Part shown: positions 49,653-58,726 of the stretch, one piece after another
How positions within the stretch are numbered: the first letter of the stretch is position 1
Layout of the letters: each line of letters begins with the position of its first letter
Assembly (NCBI GenBank): GCA_958296135.2
Contig: CATQHZ020000001.1
Location: 3,392,001 to 3,456,000, forward strand
Source: an uncultured Poribacteria bacterium
Lineage (GTDB): Bacteria > Poribacteria > WGA-4E > WGA-3G
Direction: 5' to 3'
DNA: 64,000 nucleotides
Translations under genes and position numbers: made by a program
The notes under the pieces: model-generated
Databases searched by the model: none
Told to the model about the DNA's origin: nothing
The model's input: only the letters and a program-made list of their open reading frames with translations

Positions 49653-49703
49653 GGAATTTAACACCACAGTCGCGAAAAAGCGTCTGTCCTCAGAAAATCG
49701 GAT

Positions 49704-50060
49704 TTATGGGCGAAACGTATCCTTAATATAGGCGAGAATCGCCCGTTGCTCCTCATCATTAAGGTAATAGTGGAACGCCGGCATATCGTTTTTCCCAGCG
49801 TTGATGCTGCCAAGCAACTGTTCGTCGTTGTGCATCTGCCACAAGGTATCGTCTGTCAGATCGGCAGGGTCCAGCCGTTTGAAGCGGCCGATTCTGCCGT
49901 TGCCTTCGCCGTTGTTTCCGTGACAACCGGCACAGTAGCGCGCGTATTTGTATTCCACCTGCGATAGATACCTCACGCTCGGGTCTATCCGTTTGCCCAA
50001 CCAGATGAGTCCATTGAGCCAGACGATAATCATGACGATAACAACGGCAAGGTGCTTCAT
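49704..50060 (-). CDS. Small monoheme cytochrome c
   Basis: N-terminal TM/signal; CAGCH; distal MP. Confidence 0.88.
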   Translation of the reverse strand: MKHLAVVIVMIIVWLNGLIWLGKRIDPSVRYLSQVEYKYARYCAGCHGNNGEGNGRIGRFKRLDPADLTDDTLWQMHNDEQLLGSINAGKNDMPAFHYYLNDEEQRAILAYIKDTFRP

Positions 50061-50075
50061 GATTCAAACGCCAGT

Positions 50076-53000
50076 TTAGCGTCCCAACGAAATCAGATAA
50101 TCCCGAACGAGTCGAATCTGTTTTTCAGCGTCATCCCCGGCGTATCCGTCCACCGGTATATGTTGCCCTCCGACGAGGGGCCACGCCTGCGGCATCGCCG
50201 TGCCAGGCTGGAAGGACTGCGGGGCCTTCAGCCACTCGATGAGCCAATCCGTTTTGAGCCGCTCTTTCGCCAAAGAGAGGTCTGGCCGTCCCGCTTTGTC
50301 ACTGCCTTCCGGGATTCTTTCGCCTTGTGAAGGGTGACAGGAAATACATTGCAGCACGTCAAAGAGCTGCTTGCCGACGCGCAATTCGGCGCGCGTTACG
50401 GTTAGCGGCTCAAGCGTCTCATACGGGAACGGTTCATCGTCCAGGACAGAGAAGTATTTAACCAGTGTCGCCGCCTCATCATCGGACAGCCCGAACGTCG
50501 GCATCCGCACCTTAAGTCCATAACGAATATCGGTGGGGTGCTTGAGGAATTCAAACAACCACGCCGGATAAACCTTCGCGCCTTCAGCTTGCAACGTCGG
50601 CGGTGCGAACTGCTTCGCATTGATGGCATCTAACCCTTCGTGCGCGATGACGACATCAATATAACTGCCGCCCTCACCTTCGATCTCGTGGCATCCCGTG
50701 CAGTTATATTTCTTCGCCAACCGCCGGCCCGCATCGATCTGGTTTAACTTATCAGTCCGATTATGGATATAACTTAGAGGATACTGTTGCGATTGGAAAC
50801 TCTTCAGTAGCACAGCGAGTGCCTTTGCATCCTCGTCGTCTAACTGAAAAACCGGCATGCGGGAAGCAATCCGGCGTGTCTGGTAACGGCGCGGGTCTGT
50901 GACTTTGCCGAGCGTCCATCCTGTCCAACTATGTTCAACGTCAACGGTATCGCCGAAGTCAAATTCTTCTACTGTCTTGCCGCCGAATTCGCCTAGGTCT
51001 GCGCCGACTTTTGACTCGTTCTCAAACCCCGGAATGGCGTGGCACCCGAAGCATCCGTAGCTCCTGACGAGTGCTTCGCCTTCGGCTACGTCTACTTCAC
51101 CGACTGACTCCGAAACGGCAGAAGGCGTTGCTTCTTGCAGGTTCATCAAGTAGGCGACGACGTTGTCTAATTCGGTCTCGCTCAAGCGCAAACTCGGCAT
51201 AGACGTATCGGCATCGTAAGCTCTCGGGTCGCGAATCCACTGCCGGAGGTAGTTGGCCGTAACCTTTGTGCCGACGCTATCTAGCGCGGGTGCGAAATCG
51301 CTACCGAGCTCACCGACAGCATGACAGGTGAGACAGCCTACCGTTTTGACTGTTTCTTCACCCGCTGCAATTGCGCGTTGGGACTCGCTCACAGCGGAGG
51401 CTGATGCGTCAAGTGTGTCATCCCGCATTTGTGCGAGGTAGGCGGCGATGGATTTCACCTCGTCAACGATGCGGAGGACATAGTCGTTGGAGTAAGGATA
51501 CTCCGTGCCATCGTCTGTCTTCACAACAATGCCGTTGGCAGTTTTGGTGACAACCCCCGTGCGTTTGCCCCCATTCTTAAGGTAAACGACTTGGCTCATG
51601 CCATCAGCAGGGAAAAAGTTGGGCATCGTGGCGTTCGGAAGATACGCCTCCGGCTTCTTAATCCAATTTTCAAGCCACGCGGTATCTTGCACCTTACTTC
51701 CCACTTTGGCAAGCGAGGGGCCGACTTTGTCAATGTTCTCAAGCGCGCTATACCCCTCTACGGCGTGGCAGCCGTGACATCCCAGGTCTTCAAAGAGAGC
51801 CAAACCTTTCGTGAGATTCGGCGCGTAGTCCTGCCGTTCGCCTGTCTGCGGATTCGTGTCATCTAACATCATCACGCCGTCGTGGCAGCGGCGGCAGTTA
51901 GACTCCATGTAGCCCTTGGTTTCTTCGGAAGTTCTCCCGGTGTGTTCGTCCATTCCGAGAACAGGAGTGAGCCAGTATTCGGAGTGCGTCAAGGCGTGCG
52001 CCGCTTTCGCCGTGAGGGCCTGTCCCTGTCCCCCATGGCACGGCGTGCATCCGAATCGGTCAACCGGATGCTTCGCGAGGAGAACATCGCGATGCGGATG
52101 TGTCTGAAGCACCGAACGATAGCCGGTCTCGTAGGCAATCTCAACTTCGCCAAAAATATCCACATCGTTGAAGGTGATGATGCCGTTTGGTGCTAACGTG
52201 TACTCATCCGGTTCCGCGTCAAACCCATCAATGATAACACTTTCACTGCCAACCTTGACGTTCGCGTGCTTGAGTTGATAGGTTACCTTGTTTTCGCCAT
52301 CGCCTTCTACTTCAAACGTTTCTTGCGCGGACTTATCGTAGCCGGTTCTGTCTGCGGAGAAGTGGCAGGTTGCGCACCGGTCGGCGGTGTGATCGAACTC
52401 CTCAAGATAGTATTGCGTGATGGTTCGAGTTTCGTGGAACGGGTTTTCCAACAGGCTGCCGAGGAAGGTTCGCTTGATGCCGCTCAGTGAATCTAATTTT
52501 TCCTGAACACGAGCAACATTTTCCTGCTGCGCCTTGGCGGCTTTCAGCGTATCCAATTCCGCCTGCACCGCGACGATTCCCTCAGCGACTTCCGTATTGG
52601 CTGGGCTATATTTCTGAGCAATCAGGTAGGTGCTGAGCGCGGTTTCCCAATCCCCGTGAGTCTGATAGAACTGTGCCAACGCCTTGTTTGCATCGGCGAA
52701 GTTCGCTTCTGCAGCCAAGACTGCCTCGGTAAGTTCTCCTTCAATTCGGGATTCCATCTCCGCCAATTTCGTCTGCCATTTCTGCACGGTTGCGTCGCGT
52801 TCGCCTGCGCCGTGTGCTTTTGCCTCGTGGAGGCTATGCTGATATTTGTAGTTCACCGCGTCGGATTTGCTCTGCTCAAACTTCCGTTCCTGCAGTGCTT
52901 CGTCTAGCGCGACTTGCGCGCTCACCACCTCATTTTTTAAGCTGCGCAGCCGGCTCGGGTCAGCCGCTTGGCGCGGCGGAAGTTCCGACAGTGCCAATGT

Positions 53001-53216
53001 GGCCTGTTCCAATTCTGCACGCGTTTTGTCGTATTCGTATTGATAAAATTGCTGCTGGATCTGCTTCCAGGGGCGGCGGGTGATCATCTCGCTCCAGAAC
53101 CCCCATAAGGTTACCAGCCCTAATAGGCCTGACAGTATAAAGAACAAAGCAGAATACGATTTGCTTTCAGCAGGGCTCTCTTTTTTGTTCCTCACGAAAT
53201 TTTTAAACCTCCACAT
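50076..53216 (-). CDS. Membrane-anchored octaheme cytochrome c (bc-complex associated)
   Basis: Eight CxxCH motifs: CATCH, CTPCH, CRRCH, CHGCH, CLTCH, CFGCH, CTGCH, CISCH; N-terminal TM then coiled coil; start uncertain (53216 or 53288). Confidence 0.88.
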   Translation of the reverse strand: MWRFKNFVRNKKESPAESKSYSALFFILSGLLGLVTLWGFWSEMITRRPWKQIQQQFYQYEYDKTRAELEQATLALSELPPRQAADPSRLRSLKNEVVSAQVALDEALQERKFEQSKSDAVNYKYQHSLHEAKAHGAGERDATVQKWQTKLAEMESRIEGELTEAVLAAEANFADANKALAQFYQTHGDWETALSTYLIAQKYSPANTEVAEGIVAVQAELDTLKAAKAQQENVARVQEKLDSLSGIKRTFLGSLLENPFHETRTITQYYLEEFDHTADRCATCHFSADRTGYDKSAQETFEVEGDGENKVTYQLKHANVKVGSESVIIDGFDAEPDEYTLAPNGIITFNDVDIFGEVEIAYETGYRSVLQTHPHRDVLLAKHPVDRFGCTPCHGGQGQALTAKAAHALTHSEYWLTPVLGMDEHTGRTSEETKGYMESNCRRCHDGVMMLDDTNPQTGERQDYAPNLTKGLALFEDLGCHGCHAVEGYSALENIDKVGPSLAKVGSKVQDTAWLENWIKKPEAYLPNATMPNFFPADGMSQVVYLKNGGKRTGVVTKTANGIVVKTDDGTEYPYSNDYVLRIVDEVKSIAAYLAQMRDDTLDASASAVSESQRAIAAGEETVKTVGCLTCHAVGELGSDFAPALDSVGTKVTANYLRQWIRDPRAYDADTSMPSLRLSETELDNVVAYLMNLQEATPSAVSESVGEVDVAEGEALVRSYGCFGCHAIPGFENESKVGADLGEFGGKTVEEFDFGDTVDVEHSWTGWTLGKVTDPRRYQTRRIASRMPVFQLDDEDAKALAVLLKSFQSQQYPLSYIHNRTDKLNQIDAGRRLAKKYNCTGCHEIEGEGGSYIDVVIAHEGLDAINAKQFAPPTLQAEGAKVYPAWLFEFLKHPTDIRYGLKVRMPTFGLSDDEAATLVKYFSVLDDEPFPYETLEPLTVTRAELRVGKQLFDVLQCISCHPSQGERIPEGSDKAGRPDLSLAKERLKTDWLIEWLKAPQSFQPGTAMPQAWPLVGGQHIPVDGYAGDDAEKQIRLVRDYLISLGR

Positions 53217-53298
53217 GTTTCGTCTCGGCTCGTCCTCTCGGCGGTTGCCGGCACCAGGCGCGCCTGGCACTCCGACACCCCGCCTCACAACCGTGGGT

Positions 53299-54165
53299 TC
53301 AAATGTTGAACCACGGCGATACCCAGACGTATTTGATCTTCAAGCCCAAGCGCAGTGCCATTTTAATCGGCAGTGCCAGCATGCTCAAGAACAGAAAGGA
53401 GACGATGACGTATCGGACGAGCCCCAGTTCCTGCAAGAAACGACTCGTCCCACGTTTCCAAAAATAGAAAATCGGTCCCAGCGCGAAATAACCCGCTACA
53501 ACAGCAAATCCAAAGAAGTTCGCTGTCGCAGCCTCGCGAATCCCGAAGAGATAGGACAAGTTCACGTTAGTCAACGGTACAACGAGGTGCGGGTCCCATT
53601 TCTCCCAGGGCGCGAAGAGGTTCCAGCCGGGGCCTCGCAGGAACGTTCCGACTATCATCAGGACAATCCAGAGAATGATGAATCCGAAACAGAACACCGC
53701 GAGCGCGAACGGACGCTCCTTCAGTGTGTAATACCCTTTCCCCTTTGGATTGATGTCAATGTAGGGAATAGCGATGAGTCCCGCGATAATGAACCCCGGC
53801 AAGACGACACCGGCTATCCACGGGTCAAAGTATACCAGCATCTCCTGCAGCGCGAGGAAATACCAGGGTGCTTTGGAGGGGTTCGGCGTTTTCGTCGGAT
53901 CGCTCGGTTCCTCAAGCGGCGCGTCAATCGTGATCGACCAGATGCCCAGCACCAGCATCACGATGATCGCGCAGACAAACTCGTTCCGGCACAGATAGGG
54001 CCAGACGTAAACCTTGTCATTTAGTGCGGCATCCGATGGCACACCTGTCTTGTCAGTCTGGCGTGCCTGCTTGTAGGAAAGCCACATAAAATATGGGATC
54101 AAAAAGAGCATGGCCAGGATAGGGACATTATCAGGTTTCGTCACAAGTGCTATAAAATGCTCCAT
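53299..54165 (-). CDS. Cytochrome b subunit IV (PetD/QcrC-like)
   Basis: APLEEP.DP.KTPNPSKAPWYFL (PEWY-equivalent), IPYID, RPF. Confidence 0.88.
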   Translation of the reverse strand: MEHFIALVTKPDNVPILAMLFLIPYFMWLSYKQARQTDKTGVPSDAALNDKVYVWPYLCRNEFVCAIIVMLVLGIWSITIDAPLEEPSDPTKTPNPSKAPWYFLALQEMLVYFDPWIAGVVLPGFIIAGLIAIPYIDINPKGKGYYTLKERPFALAVFCFGFIILWIVLMIVGTFLRGPGWNLFAPWEKWDPHLVVPLTNVNLSYLFGIREAATANFFGFAVVAGYFALGPIFYFWKRGTSRFLQELGLVRYVIVSFLFLSMLALPIKMALRLGLKIKYVWVSPWFNI

Positions 54166-54214
54166 ATTTTCTCCTTATCGGGATTCGGAACCCGGCAGAC
54201 CGGCACGTCGCGGA

Positions 54215-54985
54215 TTACAGGGGCCCAGAGATACCTCCATCTTTGCGGACCCGCCAGAAGTGCAATGCCATCAGAACACTCGCCAACAGCGGCACAGCGA
54301 CGCAGTGCAAAATATAGAACCTTAACAGCGTAGACGGGCCGACAATTGTGCCGGCTAGCAGCGCGAATCGGACATCGTTGGCTTGTGTCACCACATCCGG
54401 CGCGAACGGCCCCTCATGTCCTAGCCCAGGCGTCGCGCGCGCCATGTTGGTGCCTACCGTCACCGCCCAAAAGGCGAGCTGATCCCAGGGAAGCAGGTAG
54501 CCGGTGAAACTCAGGAAAAAGGTGACGAGCAGCAAAATGACACCGACTGCCCAATTGAACTCTCGCGGTTTCTTGTAGGAACCGGTGAGGAACACCCTGA
54601 ACATGTGGAGCATCACGGAGATAACCATCCCGTGTGCTGCCCAGCGGTGCATGTTGCGCAGGAGCATCCCGAACGGAATGTCAAATTCAAGATACTGCAC
54701 ATCGCGGAAGGCGTATTCGGCCGTCGGGCGGTAGTAGAACATCAGCAGCACACCGGTAACGGCTGTCACGAGGAACATGAGGAAGGTAATCCCGCCCATG
54801 CACCACGTAAAGCGGAAGTTCAGCGCGTGCCGAGAGACCCGAGGCGGATGCAGATGCAGCCAGACGTTCTGGAGCACCTGTAATGTGTAGCGTCGCCCGG
54901 TATTTTCATAGCCGTGGCGAAATATCGAACGCCAAATATCGGATTTCGTAATCTTTTCTTTTAGTCCTTTACGTTCTTCGTTCAT
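54215..54985 (-). CDS. Cytochrome b6-type subunit (PetB/QcrB)
   Basis: WCMGG (heme c_i Cys), RNMHRW, LHMFRV, TGYLLPWDQ, LH...LH heme ligands. Confidence 0.93.
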   Translation of the reverse strand: MNEERKGLKEKITKSDIWRSIFRHGYENTGRRYTLQVLQNVWLHLHPPRVSRHALNFRFTWCMGGITFLMFLVTAVTGVLLMFYYRPTAEYAFRDVQYLEFDIPFGMLLRNMHRWAAHGMVISVMLHMFRVFLTGSYKKPREFNWAVGVILLLVTFFLSFTGYLLPWDQLAFWAVTVGTNMARATPGLGHEGPFAPDVVTQANDVRFALLAGTIVGPSTLLRFYILHCVAVPLLASVLMALHFWRVRKDGGISGPL

Positions 54986-55063
54986 ACTTCTTCCGTCCGA
55001 CCGAGGCCAGACACGGTTCGTCTCCTTTCTGCGGGAGCGGCGTTCACGACAGCCGCCCTCACG

Positions 55064-55606
55064 CTAGACTTTCAGGAAGGAGCCCGGGTCGCCCCACTGC
55101 CCCTTTTCGCCTAAAAACTTCACAGACTTGTCGATTTCCAGCTGCCCATCTTCCGCCAGCGTAATTTTGACGCGTTCCAGCGGCCGCGGCGCGGGCCCTT
55201 CATAGTTAACGCCATCCCGGTCGAAACCGCTACCATGACACGGACACTTGAATTTGTTTTCCGAACCGAGCCAGCGCGGCGTGCAGCCCAAGTGCGTGCA
55301 AATCGTTAGCAGCGCGTAGAATTCGCCGTCTTCTCTGCGGACAATCCAGACACCGAACGGCTCTTTTTTGAACTTCTCGCTCACGCTACCCGGTGGGTAC
55401 TCCGCGGGGAAACCAGCCGTGAAAACGGAGGACGGTTCAAACAGCACGCGGGGATACAGATACCGAACCAACCCCGGCCCGAAAGCCAGCCCCAGTGCCG
55501 CCGTGAAATTTCCCCAACCGAGAAACTTGAAAAATTTACGTCGTGATACCACTTCTGCTTTTGCCCCCAATCGTCGCGATTGCACGCTTAAAAAACGCAC
55601 CGACAC
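55064..55606 (-). CDS. Rieske 2Fe-2S subunit (PetC/QcrA)
   Basis: Tat motif SRRKFF; CTHLGC, CPCHGS, GPAPRPL. Confidence 0.95.
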   Translation of the reverse strand: MSVRFLSVQSRRLGAKAEVVSRRKFFKFLGWGNFTAALGLAFGPGLVRYLYPRVLFEPSSVFTAGFPAEYPPGSVSEKFKKEPFGVWIVRREDGEFYALLTICTHLGCTPRWLGSENKFKCPCHGSGFDRDGVNYEGPAPRPLERVKITLAEDGQLEIDKSVKFLGEKGQWGDPGSFLKV

Positions 55607-55750
55607 GCGAAAAAGTTAAAATATGAGGATGTTATTGATAGTATAGCCGAATTCCAAATTAATGTCATCAAAAAATTGCAATGTTAGCTCTGGTTCGATT
55701 ATGAAGATGCAAAGCGCGCGTGAAAATCTACCCACCTTGCAACGCTAATT

Positions 55751-55779
55751 ATTATACCATATTTTTTGCCTTTTGTCAA
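55751..55779 (-). promoter_or_regulatory. Consensus sigma70 promoter heading the respiratory cluster
   Basis: Minus strand TTGACA-N17-TATAAT with extended TG. Confidence 0.75.
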
Positions 55780-55829
55780 CTATTTTTGAGATTTTTTTCG
55801 TAGCCCCCAAAATTCCGAGAAATCTCGGT

Positions 55830-57541
55830 TTACGCGCCCGCAATTTGATGGATGCTATAGGGCAGTTGACAGAACGTGATGCCCATCGGAGTCAAGTCCT
55901 TCTGACTGAGGAACTTGTGTGCCGCATAGACGAACGCCTTCTTCCCCGCCGCCTTGCACTGCGTAGCAATCTGCACTGCACGCGTCCCGTCTAACGCCGA
56001 AGCATCGCTCTCCAAAAATTCAAGCCTCGGTTCGTAGATGAGATAGAAACGGAGCGTCTCGGTTTCCCCGAAAAAATAGTCGGCTCGTCGCGCGATAACG
56101 TCAAGCGCGCTGCCTGTCGCAACGTAAGCGATATAATTCGCCAAAGTCTCGTAAGAGGGCATCGTCTCGCCGGAGAGCATGCCTTCCTCGTCAATGGGTT
56201 CGCCCAGTTCACAATAGGTGAAAGAGCCGCCGAGGCCTTGCCGCAGTGCCTCGTTCTTGGCGGTATCCACACCGTTGATGACGCGCCGAACGCGCTCAGC
56301 GGTGATACTATCGGCGTAATCTTCGCACTCAATGAGGATGAACTTGCGGTTGCCGCCATCTTCTCTGTTGCGCGCGAGCACGGCGTGCGCCGTGGTGCCG
56401 CTGCCAGCGAAGGAGTCAAGTATGATATCATCTTGCTCTGTGACAAGCCCAACCAGGTCCTTGAGCAACTGAACAGGCTTCGGATAGTCAAAGGCTCTAC
56501 CGCCGAACACCTGCTTCAATTCAGCAGTTCCGTTTCCGCTGCTATATTCGGGTTTGTAAAGCAGTGACTTCGGCTTTTTCGTTGGCAATTCCCCTAGCGC
56601 GGGCCTCTGCTTCTTCCGCAGTCGGATCCCAGAGGGTGTCCTCTCAACAATGAGGTTGTGGGACTCGTTAAGGACTTTCTGCTTGCTCCACCGCCAATGC
56701 ACTTCTGCGCCAGCGGTAATCGGTAATACCTTTTCATAATTCTGGGTTTCGGGGCCTTCAACTACCGACAATTCATTCTTCTTGCTAACAAAGATCGGAT
56801 AGAACAAATTAGGTCTCTCGCTCCTTGGGGCACTTGCACCCGTGGCTTTCAGTTCGGCACCTTTTTTGTAGTACCCATAATCGTCTTGCAGCCATGACGC
56901 GAGTTCCTCCTCTTCCATGTCAAACTCGCTGATTTGAGCAAGAGCCCGATTTTTCGCCCAAGCGAGAGTGTACTCATGTGTCCCTGCGAATCCGAATTCG
57001 TTGTTGTTACCCTTGAGATTCATAACGGTCGGCAAGCAAGCGATAAAATGCACTTCACCGAAAATCTCATTCATAACTTGGCGTAAATGATGCACCTCAT
57101 TGTCATCAATAGAAATGAAAATCACGCCATCGTCGGAAAGCAGCTCGTGCAACAGATGGAGCCGCGGCCACATCATGCACAGCCACTTATCGTGACGCTC
57201 TAAATCCTCGACATCAATCGGCGAGTTTCCCGCCAGCCACCGTCGCATGAGTGGGCTGTTGACGTTATCGTTGTAAACCCAGTTTTCGTTGCCGGTGTTA
57301 TAGGGCGGATCGATGTAGACGCACTTGATTTTCCCCGCGTATTTCGGGAGGAGTGCCTTGAGCGCATGCAGGTTATCGCCGTGAATGATGAGGTTCTCAT
57401 CCAACGAGGGCTGGTTTACCCCCCCCCTTCAAAATTTACATTTTTTAAGGATTTGGCTGCATCTACTTCCAGCGTGCGAAACGGCACGGTAAGGTGATAG
57501 GAATAGATGAATTGTTTGCCTCTGAAATCGAGTGTGGGCAT
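55830..57541 (-). pseudogene. mod: Type III R-M adenine methyltransferase (Mod), frameshifted at a G9 tract; no res gene
   Basis: AAGGAG RBS then MPTLDFRGK... at 57541 reads GAA GGG GGG GGG TAA. One extra G joins it to ...PSLDENLIIHGDNL; IDPPY and FAGSGTT motifs are intact. Confidence 0.88.
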
Positions 57542-57574
57542 GCGACTCCTTATGAAAATGATGGCATTGCGGTA

Positions 57575-57603
57575 ATTTTAGCATTATCTCCGGGATTTGG
57601 CAA
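57575..57603 (-). promoter_or_regulatory. Sigma70-like promoter for mod
   Basis: Minus strand TTGCCA-N17-TAAAAT with extended TG. Confidence 0.55.
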
Positions 57604-57640
57604 GCAAAATTTCCGAGATTCTCTCATCACAGCCTGTCTC

Positions 57641-58726
57641 CTAGGATTCAACGTAGCGAGTCATAGGGCCCCGGCTTTCAATCTCCGGCTGTCCTTGCCG
57701 TGCATAGAACGAAGAAAATCGGGCAACGATATCTTTTACGAAAGGAGGCGAGATTTGAATGCAGGGTTTTCCAAATCTCTTGGAAAATTCGTCCTTGCTC
57801 AGAGCTTGCAGTTTCCTGAAGTTGAGAAACCCACCATCAAAAAAACTAGTTTTTGGTAGCCAATGATAGTAAGTTGTGTAATTGTTACCAAAAACAGTCC
57901 GAAGTTTGTCTCTCTTCTTGCCTTTGTTCCTAATTTCATTCAACGCAGTGCTTACAATGTCATTTTCTCTTTCGATCTCAACGAGGAGAATACGATCCGT
58001 CTTGAAGTCACCGTTTTTTCTAAGCACAAGGTCGCAAGCTGGACTCAGAACGGTGAACCACTTATCATCAGCTGTCACAATGCTTCCTGTCGTAATCCTA
58101 TCCAATATCGGAGGAAATAGGTATACCTCTTCGGGAAACACTTGTTCAGGAAAGGAGCGTTCTCCCTCTTCCTCAAGAAGCTGTAGCAAATGGTTCAACG
58201 TGTATCGCAGGAGAGCTTTTTCGGTTCGTTCCGAATTTTCTTTTTCGTAGGATATCCACGTTTCCCGTTGCGGCAGGAGATTTTTGAGAAAGACTTCACT
58301 CAGCGTCTTCTCAATAATGCCTCGCCCTCCCATAATCCGAGTGAGGCCTGTGTTAAATATCTCCTGAAACAACAGAAGATCCGACTCGTACGTTCTATCG
58401 CCCCGGCTATACATCTTGATCACTGACGAATGATCTGCCACCAAATCAACAGAATAGCCAGTCACAAAGATAATGGGGATTCTGGTAAACGGATCGCCTA
58501 GTTGGCGAACGATCTCATTTCCGGCATCCTCATCATTTCCTAGCCTCAAATCGATAATTGCCCTATCATAAGAGCCGTCGATTTTTTTCAACGCGCACGA
58601 AGCACTTTCAGCTATCTCATATTCGACATTCAGAGGGTACTTGGCATTGAAGATTTTAACAGAGTCTTTAAATGCCTCTTGTTGCTTTTCGTCGTCTTCA
58701 ACGAGCAGAATTTTCATTGTATTCAT
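57641..58726 (-). CDS. Response regulator: receiver plus uncharacterised C-terminal domain (SPACDL)
   Basis: ILLVEDD, IIDL.L, IFVTG; C-terminal TG.I...VLSPACDL...FSSFYARQG; overlaps the kinase stop. Confidence 0.85.
   Translation of the reverse strand: MNTMKILLVEDDEKQQEAFKDSVKIFNAKYPLNVEYEIAESASCALKKIDGSYDRAIIDLRLGNDEDAGNEIVRQLGDPFTRIPIIFVTGYSVDLVADHSSVIKMYSRGDRTYESDLLLFQEIFNTGLTRIMGGRGIIEKTLSEVFLKNLLPQRETWISYEKENSERTEKALLRYTLNHLLQLLEEEGERSFPEQVFPEEVYLFPPILDRITTGSIVTADDKWFTVLSPACDLVLRKNGDFKTDRILLVEIERENDIVSTALNEIRNKGKKRDKLRTVFGNNYTTYYHWLPKTSFFDGGFLNFRKLQALSKDEFSKRFGKPCIQISPPFVKDIVARFSSFYARQGQPEIESRGPMTRYVES

Noticed and set aside
53080-54024. 314-aa plus-strand ORF (also 178..1035 and similar long antisense ORFs)
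   Set aside because: Antisense to well-supported membrane protein genes.
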